Source of the DNA: an uncultured Leptospiraceae bacterium
GTDB lineage: Bacteria > Spirochaetota > UBA4802 > UB4802
Reading direction: 5' to 3'
Length of the DNA: 63,605 nucleotides
Assembly (NCBI GenBank): GCA_964629365.1
Contig: CAZVRB010000005.1
Location: 1-63,605, forward strand
Below, piece after piece: positions 17,273 to 27,018 of this stretch. The notes under the pieces are model-generated. The model was not told the origin of the DNA and made no database searches. It saw only the letters and a list, made by a program, of their open reading frames with translations. Within the stretch, counting starts at the first letter, position 1. Each line of letters starts with the position of its first letter. A program made the translations under genes and the position numbers.

Positions 17273-19294
17273 GTGAATAGAAAATCAATCCTGGCAACGG
17301 CAATTATAACAGTATCACTTATGCTGGTGGCATGCGGCAGTGCCCGGCAGGTGACGGTTCGTATTGAACGAAAAGAGCCGCTGAAATCAGAAAAGAATTC
17401 GTCATTGCTGGCGGGTATTGCCAAAACAGATATAACACCGCCACCGGGAATGCCCCTGGCCGGGTATTCATCACTGGGGAACAGGGGAGCGGGGTTTCGT
17501 CATCGCCTGTATGCCCGGGCCATATACCTTCGTGGAGCAGGGCAGCAAGGGGTTGCCATCGTGCAGTGTGACCTGTTGTTTGGATCCCGCATGCTGCATC
17601 ACCGGGTTGCAGAGCTTATAGCTGACAATACCGACGTTGACCTCACCCGACTGATGATAGCGGGCACCCATACCCATTCAGGGCCCGGTAACTACTATGC
17701 CAGTAAATTTTACAACCGGTTTGCCTCGTGCAGTTCGGGGTTTGACCCCGAGTTTTTCGACTTTCTTTCACGCCGCATGGCACAGGCCGTTATACAGGCC
17801 TACCGCGGGCGTAAGCCTGCCAAAATAGCAACCGGATCGGTAAACATAAAAGGAGCCTCCTGGAACAGAAGTATTGACGCGTACATGAAAAACTTCGATG
17901 AAGATGAAAGGCAAAAGATATCAGCAGAAGAAGCAGTGAACACCACAATGCACATGGTAAGAATTGACTGTATTACCCCGGAAGGTACTTATAAACCCGC
18001 CGGAACCCTTTGCAGCTTTTCCCTTCATGGCACCATAATTCCACCAGAAAACAGGCTCTACAACGGTGACGTGTTCGGCTGGGCCGAACGACAGGTTGAA
18101 TGGTCGATGAGTAAAACCTTCGGCACGAAAGATCCTGTCTGTGCCCTGGTGAACGCCACCCATGCCGACAATTCACCACTGTATAACCGAAAACAGCGGG
18201 GCTTTTCAGAGGCAAAACGCCTGGGGTTGATGATTGGCACCAGGGCCTTTGCCCTGTTTGAGCGTCTTGGAAAGAGTTTGACCGGGGATGTGAAAATAAG
18301 GGCAACGGCACAAGAGGTGGACGTATACCGGGATGGGGCAATAGATGGTATAGCCCTTTGTCAGAGACCGGTTGTGGGAGCATCACTCACCGTGGGCAGC
18401 ACCGAGGACGGGGCAACACCCGTTTTGAAGTGGCTGCCCTTATTCCGCGAGGGATGGGGATCTGCCAGGTGGATATTCACCGGTGGCTGCCAGGGACACA
18501 AGCGGTATGCCGGTGGTCCTATGCAGTCACTGATCCTTCCCCGTGATGATTTTCCACACGTGATGTTTTTCCAGGTAATGCAGCTTGATTCACTGTACCT
18601 GCTGCCTATGCCTTTTGAAGTAACCTGTCACGCCGGCAGAAGCATTCAGAAGAGATGCGCCGCTGTTACAGGAAAAAGTGATGCCGCCTTTGCCGTTATA
18701 AGCTGTGCAAACGGCATGTTCGGGTATGCCACCGCACCCGGTGAATACAGTGCCCAGCATTACGAGGGGGGGCATACCCTGTATGGGCCGCAAACAGTTC
18801 CCTTCCTGAAAGCACATGCAGAAAAGATTGTATCATCATTTAACGATACACCAGTAAATATGCCAGATGGCTGGGAGTTTGAGCAGCAGGCGACCTCTTT
18901 CTGGCCGGAACCCGCCCGAAGCAGGGGCGAACGAAAAGAACAGACCCCGCCGCGAATAGTACACAACGATGACGATGCAGGCAGCATGGTGGAGTTCACC
19001 TGGCTGGACACGGCACCCGCCAATATCCGGTTTCACCAGCCGCTGGTACGGGTTGAAACAAGCAGTGATGGGGCACGCTGGACCACACTGAAATTGCAGG
19101 GAATTCCCATTGATGATGATTGCGGCGATATCTCCGTTGAATGTGTTGATGAGGAGGGTAAGGGAATGGCCCTTTACAAAACGGTGTGGTATAACCCGAA
19201 ATTCACCCCGGGACAGATGTATCGTTTCGTTATACTTCCCCGGGATAATTTCACTGAACTGGTTTCATCTGTCCTAATTGCCCCGGAAGAATAA
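17273..19294 (+). CDS. Neutral/alkaline ceramidase-family lipoprotein
   Basis: Lipobox LVAC21; GTHTHSGPG, SLHGT, PFEVT and GY...EYSAQHYEGGHTLYGP motifs of neutral ceramidases. Confidence 0.85.
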   Translation: MNRKSILATAIITVSLMLVACGSARQVTVRIERKEPLKSEKNSSLLAGIAKTDITPPPGMPLAGYSSLGNRGAGFRHRLYARAIYLRGAGQQGVAIVQCDLLFGSRMLHHRVAELIADNTDVDLTRLMIAGTHTHSGPGNYYASKFYNRFASCSSGFDPEFFDFLSRRMAQAVIQAYRGRKPAKIATGSVNIKGASWNRSIDAYMKNFDEDERQKISAEEAVNTTMHMVRIDCITPEGTYKPAGTLCSFSLHGTIIPPENRLYNGDVFGWAERQVEWSMSKTFGTKDPVCALVNATHADNSPLYNRKQRGFSEAKRLGLMIGTRAFALFERLGKSLTGDVKIRATAQEVDVYRDGAIDGIALCQRPVVGASLTVGSTEDGATPVLKWLPLFREGWGSARWIFTGGCQGHKRYAGGPMQSLILPRDDFPHVMFFQVMQLDSLYLLPMPFEVTCHAGRSIQKRCAAVTGKSDAAFAVISCANGMFGYATAPGEYSAQHYEGGHTLYGPQTVPFLKAHAEKIVSSFNDTPVNMPDGWEFEQQATSFWPEPARSRGERKEQTPPRIVHNDDDAGSMVEFTWLDTAPANIRFHQPLVRVETSSDGARWTTLKLQGIPIDDDCGDISVECVDEEGKGMALYKTVWYNPKFTPGQMYRFVILPRDNFTELVSSVLIAPEE

Positions 19295-19360
19295 AAAATA
19301 TTGACAAAACATTCTTTACTTTCTCACAATTGCACCCTCTTGCGAAAAGGTTGATAAAAA

Positions 19361-20635
19361 ATGAAATATATTGTGAGAAAATCCCCTTTGTCGGGAAGGG
19401 TTGATATTCCCGGTTCCAAGTCACATACAATACGCGCGCTGGTATGCGCCCTGCTTTCAGAGGGAAACTCCGAGATCATCGCACCCCTTCATTCATCGGA
19501 TACCCGTTCATGCCTGGATATGATAAGTCAATACGGGGCGAAGGTCACCGAAAAAAAAGACCGCTGGCTTATAGTAGGACGGGGAAAAGACCTGCTTGTT
19601 CCCGATAACGTGGTTGATGTGGGTAACTCGGGCACCTCTCTCTACTTCGGTATAGGGGTGGCCTCGCTGGTAAAGGGTACCACCATATTCACCGGTGACA
19701 GCCAGATCCGCAACAGGCCGGCAGACGGATTACTTCGTGCCATCAACGACCTGGGTGCACAGGCCTTCTCAAGCAGGGACAACGGAAAACCACCCCTGGT
19801 TATACAGGGAAGAATGACGGGGGGAACCACCAGCGTGGAAGCAGTTACTTCCCAGTACCTGTCATCACTGCTGCTGACAGCTCCCGGTGCCATGGGGGAT
19901 ACCAATATCCTGGTGCCCCTGTTAAACGAGGCACCCTATGTCACCATGACCCTTGACTGGCTTGAGTTACTGAATATCCAGTACAGCAATAACAAGATGA
20001 AAGAATTTTTTATTCCCGGCCGCCAGACATTCAGGGGATTCAGCCGGCAGATACCCGCTGACTTTTCATCGGCAACATTCTTTCTGGCAGCAGCAGCTGT
20101 CACCGGCAGCACCCTTGAATTGCATGGCCTGGATTTCAAGGACAGCCAGGGCGACAAGGAGGTTGTCAATATACTTGAAAAGATGGGGGCCGTTGTTGAA
20201 AAAAAGAAACAATCCATTGTCATATCAGGAGGCAGCTTAAAGGGGGGCACCTTCGACCTGAACGCCATACCCGATGCCCTGCCCGCCCTGTCGGTGGTGG
20301 CGTGTTTCGCCGATGGTGAAACACGGCTTACCCGTGTTCCCCAGGCACGGCTGAAAGAAACCGATCGTATCGCGGTAATGCACCGTGAGCTGTCCCGGAT
20401 GGGGGCGGATATAGAAGAGCTCGAAGACGGCCTGGTAATCAGGGGAAGCAGGCTAAGAGGGGCGCAGGTAGACGGGCATCATGATCACCGGGTAGTAATG
20501 GCACTGGCAGTAGCGGCATTGGGGGCGGACGGGGATACTGTCATCGACACCGCTGAATCTGTCGCCGTGACCTTTCCCACCTTCCCTGAACTTATGCGCC
20601 AGGCCGGTGCATCAATTGAAGAAACAAAGGAGTAA
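19361..20635 (+). CDS. aroA: 3-phosphoshikimate 1-carboxyvinyltransferase
   Basis: PGSKSHTIRAL, GNSGT, SQYLSSLL, PADFSSA, RLKETDRI, HHDHRVVM. Confidence 0.96.
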   Translation: MKYIVRKSPLSGRVDIPGSKSHTIRALVCALLSEGNSEIIAPLHSSDTRSCLDMISQYGAKVTEKKDRWLIVGRGKDLLVPDNVVDVGNSGTSLYFGIGVASLVKGTTIFTGDSQIRNRPADGLLRAINDLGAQAFSSRDNGKPPLVIQGRMTGGTTSVEAVTSQYLSSLLLTAPGAMGDTNILVPLLNEAPYVTMTLDWLELLNIQYSNNKMKEFFIPGRQTFRGFSRQIPADFSSATFFLAAAAVTGSTLELHGLDFKDSQGDKEVVNILEKMGAVVEKKKQSIVISGGSLKGGTFDLNAIPDALPALSVVACFADGETRLTRVPQARLKETDRIAVMHRELSRMGADIEELEDGLVIRGSRLRGAQVDGHHDHRVVMALAVAALGADGDTVIDTAESVAVTFPTFPELMRQAGASIEETKE

Positions 20636-20639
20636 ACCC

Positions 20640-21035
20640 ATGACAGTAAGAGGAATTCGTGGTGCCACAACAGTGGAAAAAAATGATTCGGCTGAAATGA
20701 TACAGAAAACCAGGGAGTTGCTGGAGATAATTATAAAGAAGAACGGGTTCGCTGTTGAAGATGTTGCCTCGGTAGTGTTTACCGTAACAGATGACCTCGA
20801 CGCCGAATTTCCAGCTGTTGCCGCAAGAGAGATGGGCTGGTTGTATACTCCGCTCATGTGTGGAAGAGAGATACCGGTTCCCGGATCGGTGGGGAAATGT
20901 ATCCGGGTGTTGCTTCACGTGAACACATCCAGTCCTCAGAAAAACATGGTGCATGTGTACCTTCATGACGCGAGAAAACTGCGACCGGATATTGATTCTG
21001 ACCACGAAGACCGGTATTATATCTCTGAGCCGTAA
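20640..21035 (+). CDS. aroH: AroH-type chorismate mutase
   Basis: VRGIRGATT, FTVTDDLDAEFPA, KCIRVLLH, HVYL..A..LRPD. ATG at 20640. Confidence 0.93.
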   Translation: MTVRGIRGATTVEKNDSAEMIQKTRELLEIIIKKNGFAVEDVASVVFTVTDDLDAEFPAVAAREMGWLYTPLMCGREIPVPGSVGKCIRVLLHVNTSSPQKNMVHVYLHDARKLRPDIDSDHEDRYYISEP

Positions 21036-21086
21036 AGATCATATCAAAAACCCGGCCGTAGGAAATATTGTGTGAAAAGTGTTTAA

Positions 21087-21872
21087 ATGAAATATATGTG
21101 TAACAAGATAACCGCTGTATTCCTGGTAGTACTGGCAATAATACTGTATAATTCGCCAGGGGTTATGGCACAGGATGAAAGGGACGTAGAACTGACCGCG
21201 CAGGAAATTCTTGCCAGGGTAGACGCTATGCTGGCCTATCCCGAGGGAATTCTCAAGGGTGCATTTCTGCACATAACTCCTGACGGGGCAACAAGGCGGA
21301 TAGAGCTGAAAGGGTTTATCAGTGATTCAAATTTTCTTTTCAAGATGGAAACATCCTCGCGGGGTGAAGAACAAAAGGTGTTATATACCCTCAGCGGTGA
21401 GGATATCTGGATGTATAACGTGCTATCCCGTCAATTGTATCATAAGATGAGTGTTGACAGGTATGACCCCATAATGAATACAAATTTTTACTACGTGGAT
21501 CTTTCCAATGCTGACCTTCAGAGTAACTATACCGCGGCCATCGACGGGGAGGTCTATATCAAGGGACAAGACGCGCTGCGATTAAAATGTGAACCCCTGC
21601 TGAAATCCGGAAGATACGGGGTTCTTACGTTGTACGTGTCCCGTGAGGAATATATCCCTCTTCGGGTGGATTATCACGATAACGACATGGTCATATTCAA
21701 AACCATGTCCATTGCAAAGATTGCTGAACGGAAGAATAGAAAATTTCCCGTGCGCTATGATATGCTGAACATCAAAACCGGCACTGTAACCATATTCGAA
21801 ATTTTTGGAATAGATGAAGACGCGCAATTTGATAAAAAAATATTCAGGCCCCAAAAGCTTGGAGAGAATTGA
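21087..21872 (+). CDS. Outer-membrane lipoprotein-sorting (LolA-like) protein
   Basis: Signal peptide; 'KVL...EDIWMY', 'MNTNF.Y.DL', 'PLRVDYHD', 'MLN...G..T' pattern recalled for the LolA-like family. Confidence 0.7.
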   Translation: MKYMCNKITAVFLVVLAIILYNSPGVMAQDERDVELTAQEILARVDAMLAYPEGILKGAFLHITPDGATRRIELKGFISDSNFLFKMETSSRGEEQKVLYTLSGEDIWMYNVLSRQLYHKMSVDRYDPIMNTNFYYVDLSNADLQSNYTAAIDGEVYIKGQDALRLKCEPLLKSGRYGVLTLYVSREEYIPLRVDYHDNDMVIFKTMSIAKIAERKNRKFPVRYDMLNIKTGTVTIFEIFGIDEDAQFDKKIFRPQKLGEN

Positions 21873-21874
21873 GC

Positions 21875-22603
21875 ATGCCCCAGTTCTTTATTGACGAAAG
21901 AAGAATCGTTGACCGGCAGTTTAACGTGCAGGGAGACGATCTCCATCACCTGCTGCGGGTAAGACGGGTAAAACCCGGTGACAGGCTGCAGTTTAGAGAT
22001 GAACGGGGAAGGCTGTATGAGACAAAAGTGAGCAGCGTTGGGGATGAAACCATTAAATGCACCGTACTTTCCCGTTCAGAACCTGTAGAAAACAGTTTCA
22101 ACCTGCGGCTTGCTGTAGCAGTATTAAAGGGCAAAAAATTTGACCTGGTAATACAAAAGGCTGTTGAAACAGGTGTGTCAGAGATTATTCCTGTCACCAC
22201 CGAGCGAACAATCCCTGAATTTGGTGACAACATCCAAAAGAAAACAGAACGCTGGCAGCGTATAGCACATGAGGCTTCGAAGCAGTCCCTTCGCCAGACA
22301 ATGCCCGTTATCCGAGATGTCGAATCATACGGGGAGTTGGTTAAGTGCGGCTATGACGGATGTAACATCCTGGCCCATGCTGATCCAAAGAGTAATGATC
22401 TACGCACTTTTTTAAAAGAAACACCGCCTCCTTCCGAGGTTACCATTATCATAGGGCCCGAGGGCGGTTTTTCTGGAAAAGAGGTTGAAATTGCGAGGGG
22501 TTTTAATTGGAATGTATTGCATACCGGCATTTCGCAGTTCAGGGCGGAAACCGCGGCTATTGTGATTCCCGCAATAATTCTTTATGAATGGGGTTGGAGA
22601 TGA
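21875..22603 (+). CDS. rsmE: 16S rRNA m3U1498 methyltransferase
   Basis: HHLLRVRR, KFDLVIQKAVETGV, EASKQS, IIIGPEGGFS, RAETAA. Confidence 0.95.
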   Translation: MPQFFIDERRIVDRQFNVQGDDLHHLLRVRRVKPGDRLQFRDERGRLYETKVSSVGDETIKCTVLSRSEPVENSFNLRLAVAVLKGKKFDLVIQKAVETGVSEIIPVTTERTIPEFGDNIQKKTERWQRIAHEASKQSLRQTMPVIRDVESYGELVKCGYDGCNILAHADPKSNDLRTFLKETPPPSEVTIIIGPEGGFSGKEVEIARGFNWNVLHTGISQFRAETAAIVIPAIILYEWGWR

Positions 22604-22797
22604 AGATTCGGGTGAATGGAAGGGATATTGAATTTATTAAAACAACGGTGTCAGACCTTTTGAAACTGTACAGGTTTGATCCTGAGAAAATAATGGTTGA
22701 GCGGAATGGCTCAATAGTAGAAAAAACCCAGTATGATACACTGGAACTCCAGGAAGGTGACGTACTTGAGATAGCCCGGTTTGTAGGGGGCGGCTGA
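22600..22797 (+). CDS. thiS: ThiS/MoaD-family sulfur carrier
   Basis: MKIRVNG...VERNG.IV...EIARFVGGG with a C-terminal diglycine; ATG 22600 overlaps the rsmE stop. Confidence 0.85.
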   Translation: MKIRVNGRDIEFIKTTVSDLLKLYRFDPEKIMVERNGSIVEKTQYDTLELQEGDVLEIARFVGGG

Positions 22798-22803
22798 TAA
22801 TCT

Positions 22804-23043
22804 ATGGACATGGAAGACGAGATTCTTGAAAAGCGTGATACCTGGCGAAAAATTCGCGCACAGCGTCTTGAGGTGAAAAAAAACATGATGGCTGCCGGAA
22901 AGGTCAGCCAGGAAATAAGAAAGATCCCCGAATACCGCCGCCTCGAAAAATTACAGAAACAACTTTCAACACGACTCAGGCACCTGGAGAAAAAGATGAA
23001 CCGTAAACGAAGCCGCCTGACACGTGATATATTAAAAGGCTGA
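22804..23043 (+). CDS. Small basic hypothetical protein
   Basis: 79 aa, K/R-rich, helical-looking; fills the gap between thiS and the radical SAM gene with short spacers. Confidence 0.55.
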   Translation: MDMEDEILEKRDTWRKIRAQRLEVKKNMMAAGKVSQEIRKIPEYRRLEKLQKQLSTRLRHLEKKMNRKRSRLTRDILKG

Positions 23044-23047
23044 TTAA

Positions 23048-24313
23048 ATGAATCCTGTTTATTGTGACACACATGGTAATGTATTTGACCTTCCCGGTCA
23101 TGTTCCCGCTTTTAGAACGGGAAACCGGGTAGTTCCTGTGCAGGATGAGGAGCTCATTCCTCTTCCATACGGCAGCCTGCTGTTTTCCATGCCGGGACGT
23201 TACCCGGTGTTCTATGACGGCATAACAGGCGAACCTGAAATTATTGACGAGGTCGACCATGAACAGGTATGGGCGGCGTCGGCCTTTCTCAGTTCAGGCT
23301 ATCTGCGCACATACCTGCCAGCCAGCCGGCTGCAGGAAGGGTCACCATCGCTGCCCCTGTGGGCATATTCCGGGGTAGTCTATGAGGATGGCCAATTCAT
23401 GGTGCCCGCCCTTCGAATAGATGAAGATCCCCGTTCTGATCCCGAGATACATGAAAATGAAAAAGAGCTGAAGAAGGCCGCGGTGCAGTTGCGCAAGATG
23501 TACCCTGAAAATCGTCTTGTGCGGCAGCTTGAGCATTGTGCCACGGAATACAGGTGTTTGTGCGCCAGGAATTTTTTTCTCAGCAGGTACGAGGCACCGG
23601 TGCCCACCACACCATCGTGTAATGCAAGGTGCGCGGGCTGTCTTTCATTTCAGGAAGAGGACGGTGTGCATGCCTCCCAGTACCGGTTAAAGATGGCACC
23701 CACTCCCGAAGAGATCGCAGAGGTGATGCTGCACCATGCCGGGATTGTTGATGAGTCGGTTCTGAGTTTCGGGCAGGGATGCGAGGGAGAGCCGCTTCTC
23801 CGGGCAAAAGACCTGTCCGCCGCCATTGAAATGGTACGTGATAAAACCGACAGGGGTACTATTCATCTTAATACAAATGGTTCTTTGCCAGGTGGACTTG
23901 ATGGGATGATCAAGGCAGGCCTGCAGTCGGTAAGGATAAGTCTTAATTCACCAGGTGAGAAATACTATAACGCGTATTACCGTCCACAGGGGTATTCCTA
24001 TGGGGATGTGCTGCAAAGTATACGGTTGTCCCTCGATTCAGGTTTGTTCGTTTCGCTGAACCTGTTCTTTATGCCGGGTTTTACGGACATGGAAAGCGAG
24101 GTTGATGCGCTCTTTACCCTTCTGGACAGCTACCCCGTTCACATGATCCAAACCAGGAACTTGAACATAGATCCTGATTATTATTTCGACGCCATCGGTT
24201 TTGTGGAGGACACCCCGCTTGGTATTCGTACCATGCTGGATATGATAAAGAAAGAATACCCGGGGATAACACTGGGGTATTACAACCCTCCCCGTGAGCA
24301 GTTTCGCAAATAG
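23048..24313 (+). CDS. Radical SAM protein of unknown function
   Basis: CNARCAGC (CxxxCxxC), FGQGCEGEP, NTNG, RISLNS. Confidence 0.9.
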   Translation: MNPVYCDTHGNVFDLPGHVPAFRTGNRVVPVQDEELIPLPYGSLLFSMPGRYPVFYDGITGEPEIIDEVDHEQVWAASAFLSSGYLRTYLPASRLQEGSPSLPLWAYSGVVYEDGQFMVPALRIDEDPRSDPEIHENEKELKKAAVQLRKMYPENRLVRQLEHCATEYRCLCARNFFLSRYEAPVPTTPSCNARCAGCLSFQEEDGVHASQYRLKMAPTPEEIAEVMLHHAGIVDESVLSFGQGCEGEPLLRAKDLSAAIEMVRDKTDRGTIHLNTNGSLPGGLDGMIKAGLQSVRISLNSPGEKYYNAYYRPQGYSYGDVLQSIRLSLDSGLFVSLNLFFMPGFTDMESEVDALFTLLDSYPVHMIQTRNLNIDPDYYFDAIGFVEDTPLGIRTMLDMIKKEYPGITLGYYNPPREQFRK

Positions 24314-24338
24314 CGGGTACACGTCACGTGTAATATTC

Positions 24339-24366
24339 TTGACGAATGAAATTATAGCTGTACAGT
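24339..24366 (+). promoter_or_regulatory. Putative sigma-70 promoter
   Basis: TTGACG, 16-bp spacer, TACAGT, upstream of the Lrp-like gene. Confidence 0.45.
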
Positions 24367-24435
24367 TTTGATTTTATTCCTGTATATTACTATTGAAGAC
24401 TTAATCGTACAAGACAATAATTAATGGAGGATACA

Positions 24436-25050
24436 ATGAATTCTAATATACTTCAAGCCGTTGTATATATTCAGAACTGGGGTGAAAGCAGTGATGTTGT
24501 TGATATATTGAAGTTCAACAGCAACGTCATATCGGTGTTTCATATCATGGGTGGATACAGTTACCTGATTGATGCAAATTTCGATTCAAAGGCAGAACTG
24601 GAAAAGTGGATTGAACACATGAAATCCATCAAGCTTTCTTCAGGGGTCCCCGCGGTGACCGCCATCAAGACACAGAAAATCATCGAAATAAATAAGAACA
24701 AGTCGGATTTTTCACTCTCTGATTACATGGAGATGGATAATGCCTATCACTTTTTCATCCTGGTAGACGTGCCCCATCGGGACGAGCAGCTCATTGAGAT
24801 GGCACAAAACAGCCAGCGGGTATCATCACTTGTGCACATACAGGGAGATCATTCGTATGTGGCCGAAGTTATCTGTGATGACTATGACGAATATAGAAAA
24901 TTTCTGCGGAATATCAAGCAGTTGGAATCCATCAACAGGGTGGAAACCCAGGAAGTTATTTCAGTAATAAAATACAGAAATCAGATTCTTGATGAATCCG
25001 GCAAGTTGTCAACCCCCAGGGAGGACAACCGGGAGATGTATACGTTATGA
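24436..25050 (+). CDS. Tandem Lrp/AsnC ligand-binding (RAM) domain protein without an HTH
   Basis: Two repeats of the 'V..V.HI.G..SY......D....E...' pattern; no N-terminal HTH. ATG 24436 follows GGAGG. Confidence 0.7.
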   Translation: MNSNILQAVVYIQNWGESSDVVDILKFNSNVISVFHIMGGYSYLIDANFDSKAELEKWIEHMKSIKLSSGVPAVTAIKTQKIIEINKNKSDFSLSDYMEMDNAYHFFILVDVPHRDEQLIEMAQNSQRVSSLVHIQGDHSYVAEVICDDYDEYRKFLRNIKQLESINRVETQEVISVIKYRNQILDESGKLSTPREDNREMYTL

Positions 25051-25457
25051 GTAACATGGTAGATAATCCACTTGAGTATGCCAGGGATATTGTTGGCAAA
25101 GATCCCATGGCCGTGTTTCTTGGTATAAATGTTGATGAAGCAAAAGAAGGGTATGCCCGATGCTCGGTTACAGTTAAACCGGAGTATTTAAACGCGGTGG
25201 AAAGGGCCCACGGGTCAATTATTCATGCTGTTGCTGACCAGGCTTTTGCCGTGGCATGCAATTCCATGGGTTCTCTTGGCATTGCCCTTTCTATGACGTT
25301 GAACTACCTGGCGGGTGCATCGGATGGTGAAAAAATATTTGCCGAGGCGATGCCGGTTCATACAGGCAGAAAGATCAGCACCTGGCGCATCGAGGTGCGA
25401 GGGGTTAATGATACGCTTATCGCATCAGGAGAGTCAATCGCCTATCATAAGTCATGA
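25047..25457 (+). CDS. PaaI-family hotdog-fold thioesterase
   Basis: FLGI...GYARC, LNAVERAHGSIIHAVADQAFA, LNYL, GRK. Confidence 0.88.
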   Translation: MSNMVDNPLEYARDIVGKDPMAVFLGINVDEAKEGYARCSVTVKPEYLNAVERAHGSIIHAVADQAFAVACNSMGSLGIALSMTLNYLAGASDGEKIFAEAMPVHTGRKISTWRIEVRGVNDTLIASGESIAYHKS

Positions 25458-25659
25458 TTTAATGCAGAATGAAGCCGGGCTGTTTATATGAAAAAACACT
25501 AAATGGGACTTGCACGGGCAGTTGTATTGTGGTAGAAATACTAACATAAATACTACTTGACACCTTTAGGTTACGTTAATACCGGTACAGTCATCCTTCC
25601 GATGTTCCATGTGTTTTCAGTGAATGCGGGCGAATAAAAACAGGTACAGGAAAGCAATT

Positions 25660-26025
25660 ATGCGTTCAAAAAAAAATATTTCAGCAGCATCGGTTCTCAT
25701 GATCTTAACCCTGGTGCTGTCATGCGCCACCTTTATCGAGGACGAACAGGCCGCATCTCTGGATAAATACCAGGAAGGTTTATACAGGATGAAACAGGAT
25801 GTTAAGGTTAACGACCTGGTCTTGAAGAAGGGTGAAAAGGTAAAGCTGATGGTGGTAGTAGAAGAAGACGCGGTTAAGGCCTATGCCTATCCGGCCGATG
25901 TTGCTTACCTTAAGGCTGATCGTGTACTGATTTTGTACATGTTCGATGCAGATTTCGAGGAAGGGGTTTTTGATAATAAATATTTTCATACCAGGCTTAT
26001 GGAGATGGTTGAACCCCTGGGTTAG
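25660..26025 (+). CDS. Small lipoprotein (resembles spirochaete T2SS-associated lipoproteins; tentative)
   Basis: Basic N-terminus and lipobox VLSC; the family assignment is from memory only. Confidence 0.55.
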   Translation: MRSKKNISAASVLMILTLVLSCATFIEDEQAASLDKYQEGLYRMKQDVKVNDLVLKKGEKVKLMVVVEEDAVKAYAYPADVAYLKADRVLILYMFDADFEEGVFDNKYFHTRLMEMVEPLG

Positions 26026-26139
26026 TTTTTTGTATGCATGTTTTTTTCTTTTCCACTAATCAAACTTGACAAAAACCATTCATAATTGAATAATACTTTG
26101 ATAATTACTATCTAATTTTGCGAAAAACAGGATAATGCC

Positions 26140-27018
26140 ATGTTTTCCGGAGTACACACTGCGCTTATAACACCGTTTAAAAACGGAAATATTGATTACG
26201 ATTCACTGGAGAAAATAATTGAACACCAGGTGGCAGGTGGTGTGGACGGGGTTGTCCCCATGGGAACAACCGGTGAATCGCCTACTCTCTCTCATGACAA
26301 GCATAAAGAGCTTATCGCCAGGGTGGTAGAGATGGTTAACGGTCGGGTGAAAGTAGTGGCTGGAACGGGTTCCAACTCAACCGCCGAAGCCATATCGTTG
26401 TCCCAGTCTGCAGAGAAATCAGGGGTAGACGCGTTATTGCAGGTTAACCCTTACTATAATAAGCCGCCCCAGCATGGTTTGATCGAGCATTTTGATGCCG
26501 TGGCAAAGTCGGTATCCATCCCGATCATACTGTATAATATACCAGGAAGAACCGGGATTAACTTTTTACCTGAAAGCGTTGCAAGGCTGCTGGACAGGGC
26601 AGACAACGTGGTGGCAATCAAAGAGGCCTCTGGCGACATTAACCAGATGATGAGGGTTGTGGAACTCTGTGGTGACAGGCTGACCCTTCTTTCCGGCGAT
26701 GATAACATGCTGTTGCCTCTTTTGAGTATCGGCGGCAGGGGAATCGTTTCAGTTTTATCAAACCTTCTTCCAGCTGATATAAAGAAAATTGTGACCCTTT
26801 ATGAAGAGGGAAACCTGTCAGAAGCAAGATCACGGTTTTACAAGATACTGCCGCTTTGCCGGGCCATGTTCTTCGAGACTAATCCTATACCAATCAAGGC
26901 TGCCATGGCAATGTCTGGCTTTTGCGATCCAGAAATGCGATTGCCGTTAACCAGCCTTTCAGATGAATACAGGCCGAAACTGCAAAAAGCACTTCGGGAG
27001 TACGGGTTGAATATATGA
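26140..27018 (+). CDS. dapA: 4-hydroxy-tetrahydrodipicolinate synthase
   Basis: ALITPF, GTTGESPTL, AGTGSN, PYYNKP, LYNIPGRT, IKEASG (Schiff-base Lys), SGDD. Confidence 0.97.
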   Translation: MFSGVHTALITPFKNGNIDYDSLEKIIEHQVAGGVDGVVPMGTTGESPTLSHDKHKELIARVVEMVNGRVKVVAGTGSNSTAEAISLSQSAEKSGVDALLQVNPYYNKPPQHGLIEHFDAVAKSVSIPIILYNIPGRTGINFLPESVARLLDRADNVVAIKEASGDINQMMRVVELCGDRLTLLSGDDNMLLPLLSIGGRGIVSVLSNLLPADIKKIVTLYEEGNLSEARSRFYKILPLCRAMFFETNPIPIKAAMAMSGFCDPEMRLPLTSLSDEYRPKLQKALREYGLNI

